From assembly GCF_006345805.1 (NCBI RefSeq), contig NC_042999.1:2914001-2978000 (forward strand): 64,000 bases of DNA, written 5' to 3'. The notes beneath the pieces were generated by a model. That model did not search any database. It saw nothing but the letters and a program-made list of their open reading frames with translations, and was not told where the DNA came from. A program made the position numbers and the translations under genes. This document shows positions 24,844-38,735 of the stretch, in pieces; positions within the stretch are counted from its first letter, which is position 1, and each line of letters opens with the position of its first letter. This DNA is from Octopus sinensis (taxonomy: Eukaryota).

Positions 24844-25304
24844 TTTCTATCTACTCCAGGTCCCAATTAACTTCCCTTTCCTCTATTTATTATTACATGT
24901 AGTTACGTACATACTTATAAAACCCATAAAGAGCCTTGTGAAATACAGTGTTTTCTGGCCAAAATATTTATTTTGCTAATTATTAAGCTAGTAAAAACAA
25001 AAGTTTTAGGAAATGCATTGAATATAGTCGATATTTGAATGAGCACAGACAGAAACACAAGGGAGATAATTAACATCACAATAAATATAGCCAGTGTCTT
25101 ATGAATACCAAAATTGACATAAACCTACACTGGTATGCTTTTTGTTGTGTTCACTCGTTTATCCTTAATTTCTGCAAAAATGTATTTTGTACAATGCAGA
25201 CATGAAAAAAATTACACTCTTAGTATTTACATAGTCACTTGAGGTTCTTAAGTTTTTAAAAAATACAGTTTTTCAAGCAAGTATACAGAACATCTTTTTG
25301 ATCT

Positions 25305-25858
25305 CTTAAGGTTCGGTCTTAGGGGCTTTCGGCCTTTATACGCCACTCTAGTTCGACCCATTCTCGAATATTACTGCCAGGCCGCAAACCTATATCTCCG
25401 GAAAGACATTCAGCACTTAACCACCCGAAAGGGCACGGGCTTGTCTCAGCTTACGTATGAGGAACGTCTCCAACGGCTGGCATTACCTTTACTCGAACGA
25501 CGGAAGATGCGGTGAGATCTCATCCTGGCTTTCAACTTCTTCAACGAGAATGTAAACCTACCAGTTGCAGAGTTTTTCACCCCTGCGCCGGATAGAGGTC
25601 TTTGTGGGCATGATCACAAACTCTACCACCGACACTTTCGACTCAACAGCCTGAAGGTGGCATTCTCCGTTCGTATCACAGCCCCGTGGAACAAGCTACC
25701 ACAAGATGTCATTCAACTGCCCACCACTCCCCTGTTCAAAGAGGCTCTGGACAGCTGTGGCGACTATGTATAAAACTGTATATAACAATAACTTTTTTTA
25801 ACTGGGTTTAGCACACTGTGTTCTTCTGCCAATAAATTTGATTTGATTTGATTTGATA
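25305..25858 (+). mobile_element. CR1-like LINE 3' fragment with (ATTTG)n tail
   Basis: LYATLVRPILEY, YEERLQRL, DLILAF, LCGHDHKL, PWNKLP; related to 34300-36690. Confidence 0.85.
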
Positions 25859-26939
25859 TGTATATATTTGTATGTGTATTGGTAAAGATGTAAAAATATG
25901 ATATAGCAGTAAACTTCTGGGCATATCCTTCAGCTGAAGTATATTACCCACTAAGTAGACTGCTGCAACCAGAAGTAAAATGTTTTATCCAAATATACAA
26001 GATCCCAAGAGCCTTCCAAACCAAGAATCGAATCTGCAACCTCATTTCTAAGAGCCCTGTTACCTAAATTCAAGGCTACGTGCCTTCTCTCTTTCGCCCT
26101 CTCACACACTCACACATATATAGAGGGAGGCAGCTGTAACTTCGAAGTTACTTCAGATTTCTTCGAAGTATACAATAAAACTCAATTTACATGTAATGGG
26201 TATATTTCAATTAATGTTTCACTGGTTTCTGTGTATAACTTTCCATAAAAAATAAATTTTAATAAAGATATACATATTCTTCTCATCATAATGTCAGTTC
26301 AAAGCAAATACATTTTATTTTAATATATAGACGTATATATTCCGTATCGAAAGTGCGGCCAAAGACAAAACCACCTTCACCGCCACGCTATGATGAGGTA
26401 CGAATCTCTGGTTAAAGATGTTGGGTGTTTTATGAATAGTGTTTAAATTCACAAACGTAAATTTGTTTTTGTTGTTTTGTGAAAAGCAAACTGGTTCATT
26501 GTTTGCAGCTATTACGAGTTAGTTGACATAAGTTACTTACTTTGAGTTTGTAATAATGTGTAAATAATCTTTTATTTTCTTACTGTTTACTTTTGTAAAT
26601 TGTATTTATATATCTCTTAACGGCATTCCTACTGAAGTCGAAAATTATCTATTGCGCCAAAAATCATCATTCGGAAGTGTATGTTTCAAGCATCATAGAT
26701 TACGATTCTTAAAAAAAAAAAAAGATGAGTTTTTCCCATGGGTTAAATTTATATCCTTATATTTATGTATGCATTGTGTTTTATTATTTGTATTTGTGTT
26801 TTTACATGCATCCTTGTAAACTTGTCTGTGTGTGTGTGTGCATGAATTTGATGGTATATATGTATTTTGGCACATATCTACAGTCATGCTATGTATGTAC
26901 TGGTAAGTTATATTATTATTATTATTATTATTATCATTA

Positions 26940-29900
26940 GAAAATTTTACCCAAAAAAAATTTGCACAAAAAATTTTCACGGAAAAGTTTCCCCAAAAAT
27001 TGTTCGAAAATTTTCCCTAAAAATTGTTCGAAAATTTTCCTCCAAAATCTTTTAAACATTTTCACCGAAAATATTACCCAAAACTTTTTCGAAAATTTTC
27101 ACCACAAATCTTTCGAAAATTTTCAACGAAAATTTTACCCAAAAATTTTCACCGAAATTTTTCGAAAATCTTTACTGAAAATTTTACCCACAAATTTTAC
27201 TAAAATTTTCACAGAAAATTTTACCCAAAACTTTTCACCAAATATTTTTCGAAAATTTTACCCAAAAATTATCAACGAAATATTTCGAAAATTTTACCCA
27301 AAAGTCTTCGAAAATTTTCACCGAAAATTTTACCCAAAAATTTTCACCGAAAATATTAAACAAAAATTTTTAGAAAATTTTACACGAAAATTTTTCGAAA
27401 ATTTTCACCAAAAATTTCATCCAAAAATTTTTCGAAAATTTTTCGAAAATTTTCACCACAAATCTTTCGAAAATTTTCAACGAAAATTTTACCCAAAAAT
27501 TTTCACCGAAATTTTTCGAAAATCTTTACTGAAAATTTTACCCACAAATTTTACTAAAATTTTCACAGAAAATTTTACCCAAAAATTCTTCGAAAATTTT
27601 CATCAAAAATTTTTCGAAAATTTTCACCAAAAATTTTTCGAAAATTTTACCCAAAAATTATCACCGAAATATTTCGAAAATTTTACCCAAAAGTCTTCGA
27701 AAATTTTCACCGAAAATTTTACCCAAAAATTTTCACCGAAAATATTAGCCAAAAATTTTTAGAAAAAATTACACGAAAATTTTTCGAAAATTTTCACCAA
27801 AAATTTCATCCAAAAATTTTTCGAAAATTTTACCCACAAATTTTACTAAAATTTTCACGGAAAATTTTACCCAAAAATTTTACCCAAAAATTTTACACGA
27901 AAATTTTTCGAAAATTTTCACCAAAAATTTCATCCAAAACTTTTACGAAACTTTTACACGAAAATTTTTCGAAAATTTTCACCACAAATCTTTCGAAAAT
28001 TTTCAACGAAAATTTTACCCAAAAATTTTTCGAAAATCTTTACTGAAAATTTTACCCACAAATTTTACTAAAATTTTCACAGAAAATTTTACCCAAAAAT
28101 TCTTCGAAAATTTTCATCAAAAATTTTTCGAAAATTTTCACCAAAAATTTTTCGAAAATTTTACCCAAAAATTATCACCGAAATATTTCGAAAATTTTAC
28201 CCAAAAGTCTTCGAAAATTTTCACCGAAAATTTTACCCAAAAATTTTACCCAAAAATTTTACACGAAAATTTTTCGAAAATTTTCACCAAAAATTTCATC
28301 CAAAACTTTTTCGAAACTTTTACACGAAAATTTTTCGAAAATTTTCACCACAAATCTTTCGAAAATTTTCAACGAAAATTTTACCCAAAAATTTTTCGAA
28401 AATCTTTACTGAAAATTTTACCCACAAATTTTACTAAAATTTTCACAGAAAATTTTACCCAAAAATTCTTCGAAAATTTTCATCAAAATTTTTCCAAAAT
28501 TTTCACCAAAAATTTTTCGAAAATTTTACCCAAAAGTCTTCGAAAATTTTCACCGAAAATTTTACCCAAATTTTCACCGAAAATATTAGCCAAAAATTTT
28601 TAGAAAATTTTACACGAAAATTTTTCGAAAATTTTCACCAAAAATTTCATCCAAAACTTTTTCGAAACTTTTACACGAAAATTTTTCGAAAATTTTCACC
28701 ACAAATCTTTCGAAAATTTTCAACGAAAATTTTACCCAAAAATTTTTCGAAAATCTTTACTGAAAATTTTACCCACAAATTTTACTAAAATTTTCACAGA
28801 AAATTTTACCCAAAAATTTTTCGAAAATTTTCACCAAAAATTTCATCCAAAAATTTTTCGAAAATTTTACACGAAAATTTTTCGAAAATTTTCACCGAAA
28901 ATTTCATCCAAAAATTTTTCGAAAATTTTCACCACAAATCTTTCGAAAATTTTCAACGAAAATTTTTCCCAAAAATTTTCACCGAAATTTTTCGAAAATC
29001 TTTACTGAAAATTTTACCCACAAATTTTACTAAAATTTTCACAGAAAATTTTACCCAAAAATTTTACCCAAAAATTTTACACGAAAATTTTTCGAAAATT
29101 TTCACCAAAAATTTCATCCAAAACTTTTTCGAAACTTTTACACGAAAATTTTTCGAAAATTTTCACCACAAATCTTTCGAAAATTTTCAACGAAAATTTT
29201 ACCCAAAAATTTTTCGAAAATTTACTGAAAATTTTACCCACAAATTTTACTAAAATTTTCACAGAAAATTTTACCCAAAAATCTTCGAAAATTTTCATCA
29301 AAATTTTTCGAAATTTTCACCAAAAATTTTTCGAAAATTTTACCCAAAAATTATCACCGAAATATTTCGAAAATTTTACCCAAAAGTCTTCGAAAATTTT
29401 CACCGAAAATTTTACCCAAAAATTTTACCCAAAAATTTTACACGAAAATTTTTCGAAAATTTTCACCAAAAATTTCATCCAAAACTTTTTCGAAACTTTT
29501 ACACGAAAATTTTTCGAAAATTTTCACCAAAATCTTTCGAAAATTTTCAACGAAAATTTTACCCAAAAATTTTTCGAAAATCTTTACTGAAAATTTTACC
29601 CACAAATTTTACTAAAATTTTCACAGAAAATTTTACCCAAAATTCTTCGAAAATTTTCATCAAAATTTTTCCAAAATTTTCACCAAAAATTTTTCGAAAA
29701 TTTTACCCAAAAGTCTTCGAAAATTTTCACCGAAAATTTTACCCAAATATTTCACCGAAAATATTAGCCAAAAATTTTTAGAAAATTTTACACGAAAATT
29801 TTTCGAAAATTTTCACCAAAAATTTCATCAAAACTTTTTCCGAAACTTTTACACGAAAATTTTTCGAAAATTTTCACCACAAATCTTTCGAAAATTTTCA

Positions 29901-32900
29901 ACGAAAATTTTACCCAAAAATTTTCGAAAATCTTTACTGAAAATTTTACACAAATTTTACTAAAATTTTCACAGAAAATTTTACCCAAAAATTTTTCGAA
30001 AATTTTCACCAAAAATTTCATCCAAAAATTTTTCGAAAATTTTACACGAAAATTTTTCGAAAATTTTCACCGAAAATTTCATCCAAAAATTTTTCGAAAA
30101 TTTTCACCACAAATCTTTCGAAAATTTTCAACGAAAATTTTTCCCAAAAATTTTCACCGAAATTTTTCGAAAATCTTTACTGAAAATTTTACCCACAAAT
30201 TTTACTAAAATTTTCACAGAAAATTTTACCCAAAAATTTTTCGAAAATTTTACCCAAAAATTATCACCGAAATATTTCGAAAATTTTACCCAAAAGTCTT
30301 CGAAAATTTTCACCGAAAATTTTACCCAAAAATTTTCACCGAAAATATTACCCAAAAATTTTTAGAAAATTTTACACGAAAATTTTTCGAAAATTTTCAC
30401 CAAAAATTTCATCCAAAAATTTTTCGAAAATTTTACACGAAAATTTTTCAAAAATTTTACCCAAAAACTTTTCGAAAATTTTTACCGAAAATTTTACCCA
30501 AAAATTCTTCGAAAATTTTACCCACAAATTTTTCGAAAATTTTACCCACAAATCTTTCAAAAATTTTCAACGAAAATTTTACCAAAAATTTTCACCGAAA
30601 TTTTCAGTAAAGATTTTCGAAAATTTTCAACGAAAATTTTACCCAAAAATTTTCACCGAAATTTTTCGAAAATCTTTACTGAAAATTTTACTAAAATTTT
30701 CACCGAAAATTTAATCCAAAAATTTTCATCGAAAATTTTTACAGAAACTTTTACCCAAGAATTTTTCGAAATATTAAACCGAAAATTTTACCCGAAAGTT
30801 TTTCGAAAATTTTACCCACAAATTTTACGATAATTTTCACCGAAAATTTTACCCAAAATTTATCACCGAAATATTTCGAAAATTTTACCCAAAAGTCTTC
30901 GAAAATTTTCACCGAAAATTTTACCCAAAAATTTTCACCGAAAATATTACCCAAAAATTTTTAGAAAATTTTACACGAAAATTTTTCGAAAATTTTCACC
31001 AAAAATTTCATCCAAAAATTTTTCGAAAATTTTTCGAAAATTTCATCCAAAATCTTTCGAAAATTCTCACCGAAAATCCATAAATCTTCACCGAAATTTT
31101 TCGAAAATTTTTCCCAAAAAGTTTTCGAAAATTTTACCCAAAAACTTTTCGAAAATTTTACCCACAAATTTTTCGAAAATTTTCACCACAAATCTTTCGA
31201 AAACTTTCAACGAAAATTTTACCAAAAATTTTCACCGAAATTTTTCGAAAATCTTTACTGAAAATTTTACTAAAATTTTCACCGAAAATTTAATCCAAAA
31301 ATTTCACCGAAATTTTTCCCAAAAATTTTTCGAAAATTTTACCCAAAAGTCTTCGAAAATTTTGACCGAAAATTTTACCCAAAAATTTTCACCGAAAATA
31401 TTACCCAAAAATTTTTAGAAAATTTTACACGAAAATTTTTCGAAAATTTTCACCAAAAATTTCATCCAAAAATTTTTCGAAAATTTTACACGAAAATTTT
31501 TCGAAAACTTTCACCGAAAATTTCATCCAAAATCTTTCGAAAATTTTCAACGAAAATTTTACCCAAAATCTTTTCGAAAATTTTTACCGAAAATTTTACC
31601 CAAAAATTTTACGAAAATTTTACCCACAAATTTTTCGAAAATTTTCACCACAAATCTTTCGAAAATTTTCAACGAAAATTTAACCAAAAATTTTCACCGA
31701 AATTTTTCGAAAATCTTTACTGAAAATTTTACTAAAATTTTCACCGAAAATTTAATCCAAAAATTTTCACCGAAATTTTTCCCAAAAATTTTTCGAAAAT
31801 TTTACCCAAAAACTTTTCGAAAATTTTTACCGAAAATTTTACCCAAAAATTTTTCGAAATATTAAACCGAAAATTTTACCCAAAAGTTTTTCGAAAATTT
31901 TACCCACAAATTTTTCGAAAATTTTCACCGAAAATTTTACCAAAAATTTTCACCGAAATTTTTCGAAAATCTTTACTGAAAATTTTACTAAAATTTTCAC
32001 CGAAAATTTAATCCAAAAATTTTCACCGAAATTTTTCGAAAATTTTCAACGAAAATTTTACCCAAAAGTTTTTCGAAAATTTTTACCGAAAATTTTACCC
32101 AAAAATTTTTCGAAATATTAAACCGAAAATTTTACCCAAAAGTTTTTCGAAAATTTTACCCACAAATTTTACTAAAATTTTCACCGAAAATTTAATCCAA
32201 AAATTTTCACCGAAATTTTTCCCAAAAATTTTTCGAAAATTTTACCCAAAAACTTTTCGAAAATTTTTACCGAAAATTTTACCCAAAAATTTTTCGAAAT
32301 ATTAAACCGAAAATTTTACCCAAAAGTTTTTCGAAAATTTTACCCACAAATTTTTCGAAAATTTTCACCACAAATCTTACGAAAATTTTCAACGAAAATT
32401 TTACCAAAAATTTTCACCGAAATTTTTCGAAAATCTTTACTGAAAATTTTACTAAAATTTTCACCGAAAATTAATCCAAAAATTTTCACCGAAATTTTTC
32501 CCAAAAATTTTTCGAAAATTTTACCCAAAAACTTTTCGAAAATTTTTACCGAAAATTTTACCCAAAAATTTTTCGAAATATTAAACCGAAAATTTTACCC
32601 AAAAGTTTTTCGAAAATTTTACCCACAAATTTTTCGAAAATTTTCACCACAAATCTTACGAAAATTTTCAACGAAAATTTTACCAAAAATTTTCACCGAA
32701 ATTTTTCGAAAATCTTTACTGAAAATTTTACTAAAATTTTCACCGAAAATTTAATCCAAAAATTTTCACCGAAATTTTTCCCAAAAATTTTTCGAAAATT
32801 TTACCCAAAAACTTTTCGAAAATTTTTACCGAAAATTTTACCCAAAAATTTTTCGAAATATTAAACCGTAAATTTTACCCAAAAGTTTTTCGGAAATTTT

Positions 32901-33042
32901 ACCCACAAATTTTACGAAAATTTTCAGCGAAAATTTTAACCAAAAATTTTTCGAAAATTTACACCGAAAAGTTTACCCAAAAATTTTACTAAAATTTTCA
33001 CCGAAAATTTTACCCAAAAATATTTCGAAAATTTTCACCAAA
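26940..33042. repeat. AT-rich satellite array built on 11-14 bp GAAAATTTTC-type subunits with higher-order repeats
   Basis: Continuous CGAAAATTTTCAC / CGAAAATTTTACC / CAAAAATTTTT variants over 6.1 kb. Confidence 0.97.
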
Positions 33043-34072
33043 ACAAAAAACTGTTCTCAGTATTTAAGGAAGCTGACAAATACAAACAAGAAATCATACC
33101 ACCTAATAAACATGAAGAAGAAGAAGATGAAGAAACAACAAAAGCTATAAAACAAATGAAATCCAAACTAAAAATAGAACAGCAACGAACCATGATAAAA
33201 CGATGGCAAGAAAAGCCTCTTCATGGTAAATACTGCACTAAACTAAACGCAAAAGAAATAGACAAAGAAAAATCCCAGCAATGGTTGAGAAGCTCTGGAC
33301 TCAAAGCAGAAACAGAGGGATTTTTAATTGCAGCACAAGACCAAAGCCTCCCCACCAGAAATTACCAAAAACATGTAATGAAAAGAAATATTACAAGTAA
33401 CTGCAGAATATGTGGAGATGGACAAGAAACAATAAATCATATTATCTCTAGCTGCCCAGTCCTGGCTAAGAAGGAATATTTCACAGACATGACAGAGTTG
33501 GAACCTACATACATTGGAAGCTATGTCAACATTATGGAATAACAACAGAAAAAAGATGGTATAGGCACACACCAGAAAAGGTCACAGAAAACGAGAAAGC
33601 AACCATACTCTGGGATATGCCGATACACACAGATAGAGAAATTAAGGCCAACAGACCAGATATAGTTGTCAGAGACCATGAAGAAAAAAAATGCTTTCTA
33701 ATTGATGTATCATTACCGGCTGATGACAACGTGTCTCTAAAAGAAATGGAGAAACTCTCAAAATACAAAGACCTGGAAATAGAGGTAACTAGAATGTGGA
33801 ATCTGAAAACAGAAACAATTCCTATCATAGTAGGTGCATTAGGCATGATAAAAAAATATTCAGACAAATACATAACAAAAACACCAGGACTTACAAACAC
33901 ATATAACATACAGAAAATTGCACTACTAGGCACTGCACACATCCTATGCAGAACACTTTCCATACAATAACCATCAGAGCATCACAACAAATCACAGCAC
34001 ATACCCAAGGCACACAGAGCTGTGCTCGGTAGTGAAGTGAAAGCACGCTATAAAAATAAAAATAAAACTACT
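33043..34072 (+). mobile_element. 5'-truncated R4/Dong-type non-LTR retrotransposon (CCHC + restriction-like endonuclease)
   Basis: WQEKPLHG, AAQDQ, CRICGDGQETINHIISSC, HRHDRV, NRPDIVV..LIDV, QKIALLGTAHI; one frameshift near 33480; 3' flank (TAA)n. Confidence 0.92.
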
Positions 34073-34299
34073 GAATAATAATAATAACAAAGATAATAAC
34101 AACAATATCAACAACAATAATAATAAAGTTATGAAGAGAAGCCAGAAGGTGTAATGGAAAATGAACATTGCAATATACATTTTTTTTTCTTTTGTCCCCA
34201 TCTTGTATTGTCTCCTCTATGTTGACCCTTTGTGGGCAACAAAGAATTCTTTACATTAATGGATTACATACTGAATCAAAGTAATTATGAGACTTCTAT

Positions 34300-36690
34300 C
34301 TACACAACATCTTCCCGGTTCGGCCAGGCCCTTCTTGACGTGGCTGAAGATTGTTTTCTATCGCAACATGTTGAATATCCGACAAGGCATCGGTCTGGGC
34401 AGCAGCCATCTATGCCAGATCTGGTATTCTCCCGCTATCCAAGATCAGTGTCAGACATATCTGTGTGCGCCCCTCTTGCCAAGAGTGATCATGCGGTCCT
34501 GAAGTTCGTCATGCACACAACTTTTTCCACGCCCACGATTACTTCGCTGCCACGTAGAGTCTTCTCTGCAATTAATCTTGAAATTCTAACCGAGGCTTCC
34601 GCGCTTCTGGACTGGCGTTCTCTGATGACGTTGTCCTCAGTTGACGAACTATGGTCATCCCTCAAAGCATATGTAATTTGTTTGACTGACCAGGCAGTTC
34701 CCGTTGGACTTCCCAAGAGAAAGAAACACAAGCCCTGGGTGACGAAGAAGGTTAAACGAGAACGTCGACTCAGAGATATTGCTTGGGCTGAATTCAAAAA
34801 TCTGGATTCGACTGCAGCTTTTGAGGTGTACAAAACTCAACGAGACCGAGCCGTGAAAATTGAAAAGAAAGAACGCTTCAGTTATGAATACAAAATCGCG
34901 GCAAATGCCAGTAGCAATCCAAAAACCTTCTTTGCCCATGTCCAGCGGAATTCCCGCTTGAACAACCAGATTGCAACGTTGGTAGACTCAACAGGCGTAT
35001 CGATTGAGGACCCTTATCAACAGAGTCAATTATTTGCCGAGGCTTTTTCAACTATTTTCAAACAAGATGATGGTCGTGAACCCCCTCCATTTGATAGATC
35101 GGTACCTCCAATGCTTCGATTGATCATCACGCGGGACCAAGTCAAACGTGTTATTCAAGGCCTCGATGTCAACAAGGGTCATGGCCCTGACGGCATACAC
35201 CCACGGGTTATCAAAGCGTTGGCTCCGGTCATCTGCGAGCCCTTAACACGACTATTCAATATGTCATTGGCGACGGGTGTTATACCTGCAGACTGGAGAA
35301 CAGCGATAATCTGCCCAATTTTCAAGAAAGGGAGCCGCGAAGACCCGCTTAACTACCGACCGGTTTCCCTTACATCAATAATCAGCAAGATGTTCGAAAC
35401 CATCCTTAAGAAAAGTATGATGCTCCACCTCCTAAACACAGCCTCGGTCACTGATTCCCAACACGACTTCGTGCCGAAGAGATCATGCTTGACCAACTTA
35501 CTAGTAATGGAAGAATTGGTGACGTGCATCTTCGATGATAGTGATGCTGTTGACATCGTTTTATTGGACTTTGCCAAAGCTTTTGACTCGGTAAACCACC
35601 GCCTACTACTTGTCAAGCTTCAAGCATATAGTTTCCATCCGGATATTGTACGATGGGTTGGTGCCTTCCTCTCAGATCGCTCCTTCCAAGTTCAAGTTAA
35701 TGGTTCGCGGTCCGACGTCTCCAGTGCGAGCAGTGGCGTGCCTCAAGGTTCAGTGCTTGGGCCCTTGTTGTTCTTAGTCTTCATAAATGACTTGCCCGAC
35801 GACCTCACGCAACACACCCTTCTATTTGCCGACGATATCAAACTGGTCACTCCTCGCGGTAGTATAGAGGATCTTCGTCGATGCCTCCACCAAATTGGAA
35901 GTGGTCTAACGATTGGGACCTGTGTCTGAACGTGTCAAAGTGCTGTCATCTGCCTGTCGGCTCTACTCCTGCAACTCAACTTGATTTCGAGCCGGGTCGT
36001 CTGCTGCTGGAGAGGACCGATCAGGTAAAGGACCTGGGTATCTTGGTGGATTCCTCCTTTTCGCCTTCGGCCCAGTGCGTCCATGCTGCCAACAAAGTGC
36101 GCGGAATTCTGTTTTTGATTCGACGGTCATTCGGAATGCTCACAGCAGCCATATTCCTACCACTCTATGTCACGCTGGTGAGACCCATATTGGAGTATGG
36201 GATTCAAGCCTCTTCTCCTTATCTCCTCAAAGACATACAGCATCTCGAAAGAGTCCAGAGGCTGGCTACCTGCATGGTTCATGGTCTCAAAAATTTGTCC
36301 TACGAAGAAAGGCTGAGGACGCTAGACCTTTGTTCTCTTGAAAAACGCCACCGCCGTGGTGATCTCATTCTCGCCCACAACATCATAAGCGGGAAGTGTA
36401 ACCTCTCGAAAGAGCTGTTCTTCACTCCTGCTCCGGAGCATCGGCTGCGGGGTCATTCCGAAAAGCTCTACCTGCGACGATTTCATCTCAATCGAAGGAG
36501 AGGAGCTTTCTCCATCCGGGTTGCGGATCCGTGGAACAAGCTGCCAGACGAGATGGTGAAGATGCCGACGACCGCTTTGTTCAAGTGGCCTGAACTCTTT
36601 ACATGAACACCACCCTGTACTTAACTCCATGTCCCCCTACATGGCCTTGCTATTTGCTTTTGAGCCAAATTAACTAACTAACTAACTAAC
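34300..36690 (+). mobile_element. 5'-truncated CR1-like LINE (end of APE, RT) with (TAAC)5 tail
   Basis: FLSQHVEYPTR, SDH, LDFAKAFD, GVPQG, FADD; one frameshift near 35895; tail 36671-36690. Confidence 0.93.
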
Positions 36691-37094
36691 ACACCTAATA
36701 ACGATTATCAATTTTAGATTTCATTTCGGAAGGTAATAGTTTCATGAAACAATTGTAAGATATCCCAAACCTTTTTAAATAATCACACATTATACATTTA
36801 TTTATTAATACAATATTATTTAAATTATGGATATATATCATCTGTGATTTTTTAAATGTAATTTTTCTTGCTTTGACTTCCTAATGTATTATCACTCTAA
36901 CTGAATCTGTAAATACATTTAAGGTTTTAGACATTTCTCATACCAAGAGCACTTATCTGAAATCCAGTACACTTTATTGTCATTGAATATATTTGATTAA
37001 CAAAAGTGGGGGTGTATTTCTATGCAGGAAAAATATAAGTAAATTTGTTGTTGAAAATGCACCTAAATTTGAAAGATTTGTAATTGTTAAATAC

Positions 37095-37372
37095 ATTTAG
37101 TGCCACTGGACTAACTACTGTGCAGGTGGCACATAAAAAGCACCATTTGAGCATGACCGTTGCCAGTACCACCTGACTGGCCCTCATGCCAGTGGCATGT
37201 AAAAGCACCCACTACACTTTTGGAGTGGTTGGTGTTAGGAAGGGCATCCAGCTGTAGAAACTCTGCCAGATCAGATTGGAGTCTGGTGCCGCAATCTGGT
37301 TTGCCATACCTCAGTCAAATCGTCCAACCCAGGCTAGCATGGAAAGTGGACGTTAAACGATGATGATGATGA
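37095..37372 (+). mobile_element. Repeat family A copy
   Basis: Core and (GAT)n tail. Confidence 0.85.
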
Positions 37373-38179
37373 TATATACCAAACTAGTTTCAATAATATT
37401 TTTTGTTTATCAACGGTAAAAATTTAGAATTATGAATTAGAAAAACATGTTTAAAAATTACGATGTTGACAAGTTTAAATGTTCATAACAGTCAATAATA
37501 TAAAAAAAGTGTTGATCAACTTGATTAAATGTACAAATTTCAATGGTTAGTAAGATCGACAAGAAATGAATATCAACAAAGTTTCAGTTATATTGAGTTA
37601 AGAGGGAGAAATACAAGGGAGAAATGAAGATAATAAAAAAGGGGATTTGATTTACAGTTTCTGTGATTCTCTTTCTGTCATGTGCAGGAACTTTTGCTTG
37701 TAATGGCGTTTATTGGAATCCAGTGTATTTATAATGTTTTCCACAAACAGATCTGATCTTTGATTCATTAAAGTACAGGTGACCTCTTGTTTTTCTGGTG
37801 GTCAAGTTTGTCATTCTGCCTAATTGGCTTCCCTGTGGGGAACTGTCATCAGCGGCTCCTGTTGGTTGATTTTCTTAAGGAGTCATTTTGTTGTATTTGC
37901 TGTATATTTATAAATGCATGTGTTTGTGTTCAGCAGACATAGATTGTCGAAATAATTATTTTAGAATAAAAAATAATAGAAAAAAATCATTGTTAGGAAA
38001 AGTCTACACTAAGTCTGGGATTAAAATTTTTTTTTTAATAATGAAATTTTCCTCAAGAAATGCTATTAGTCATTGATTTGTGTTTTGTAGATCAAAGACG
38101 AAAACATGTTCACTCTGGGGAATCATCAGCTGTTAAGAGATGCACATTTTAGCTATAATAAGTTAGTCAACGGTCTTTT

Positions 38180-38735
38180 CCCAGACTGGTAGGCTTCTGG
38201 CATTTATTTGAAGTTCAGGACATTGTTATCTTTCAACTCTGCTTTGAAGTATTTGGTAGAATTCGCAAGAAATATCGAGCATTACTTGACAGCATCTGCG
38301 ATATGAACACTTCAGCTTCAACCCCCTAAAAAGATCTCGTTCTGCTTGTGCCATCTCAGGAATCATGGAGCCAACTGACCTCTTAACATCAAATCGTTTG
38401 GTGCATGGTACCAATCCATTTACCTCGGAATAACTTCAGATCACACTCAATCCTTTAAGGAGCAAGTCAAAAATATCATTTTGAAAGTTGGTCCTCAAAA
38501 TAACATTCTATAGAAACTGGTCAACCCCACGTGGAGATCCACAATATGCATGTTAAGAACTACTGCTCTTGGCCTTGTGCTTTTGCTCTGCAGTTGATTC
38601 ATATCTTGTCTGGAGAGATCAACCCAAGAAGGGAAACTTGACCCAAAGCTGAACAACACCTGCCACCTGATTGCATGAAACTCACCTCCACAGATAACCT
38701 CCATTTCTAAACAACTCATCCACCTAAAATTGCTG
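38180..38735 (+). mobile_element. Degraded Ingi/Vingi-like LINE fragment
   Basis: Broken-frame motifs YLGIT.D.T, QNNIL*KL..PTW, LRTTALGL, W.RS....KLD..LNNTC. Confidence 0.55.

Noticed and set aside
26962-27762. 266-aa ORF and other K/F/E/N-rich ORFs in 27-33 kb
   Set aside because: By-product of the satellite, which is poor in stop codons; no domain content.
34232-34300. GTG start of the 565-aa ORF as a true LINE start
   Set aside because: Homology begins mid-endonuclease near 34300; the upstream codons are flanking DNA read in frame.
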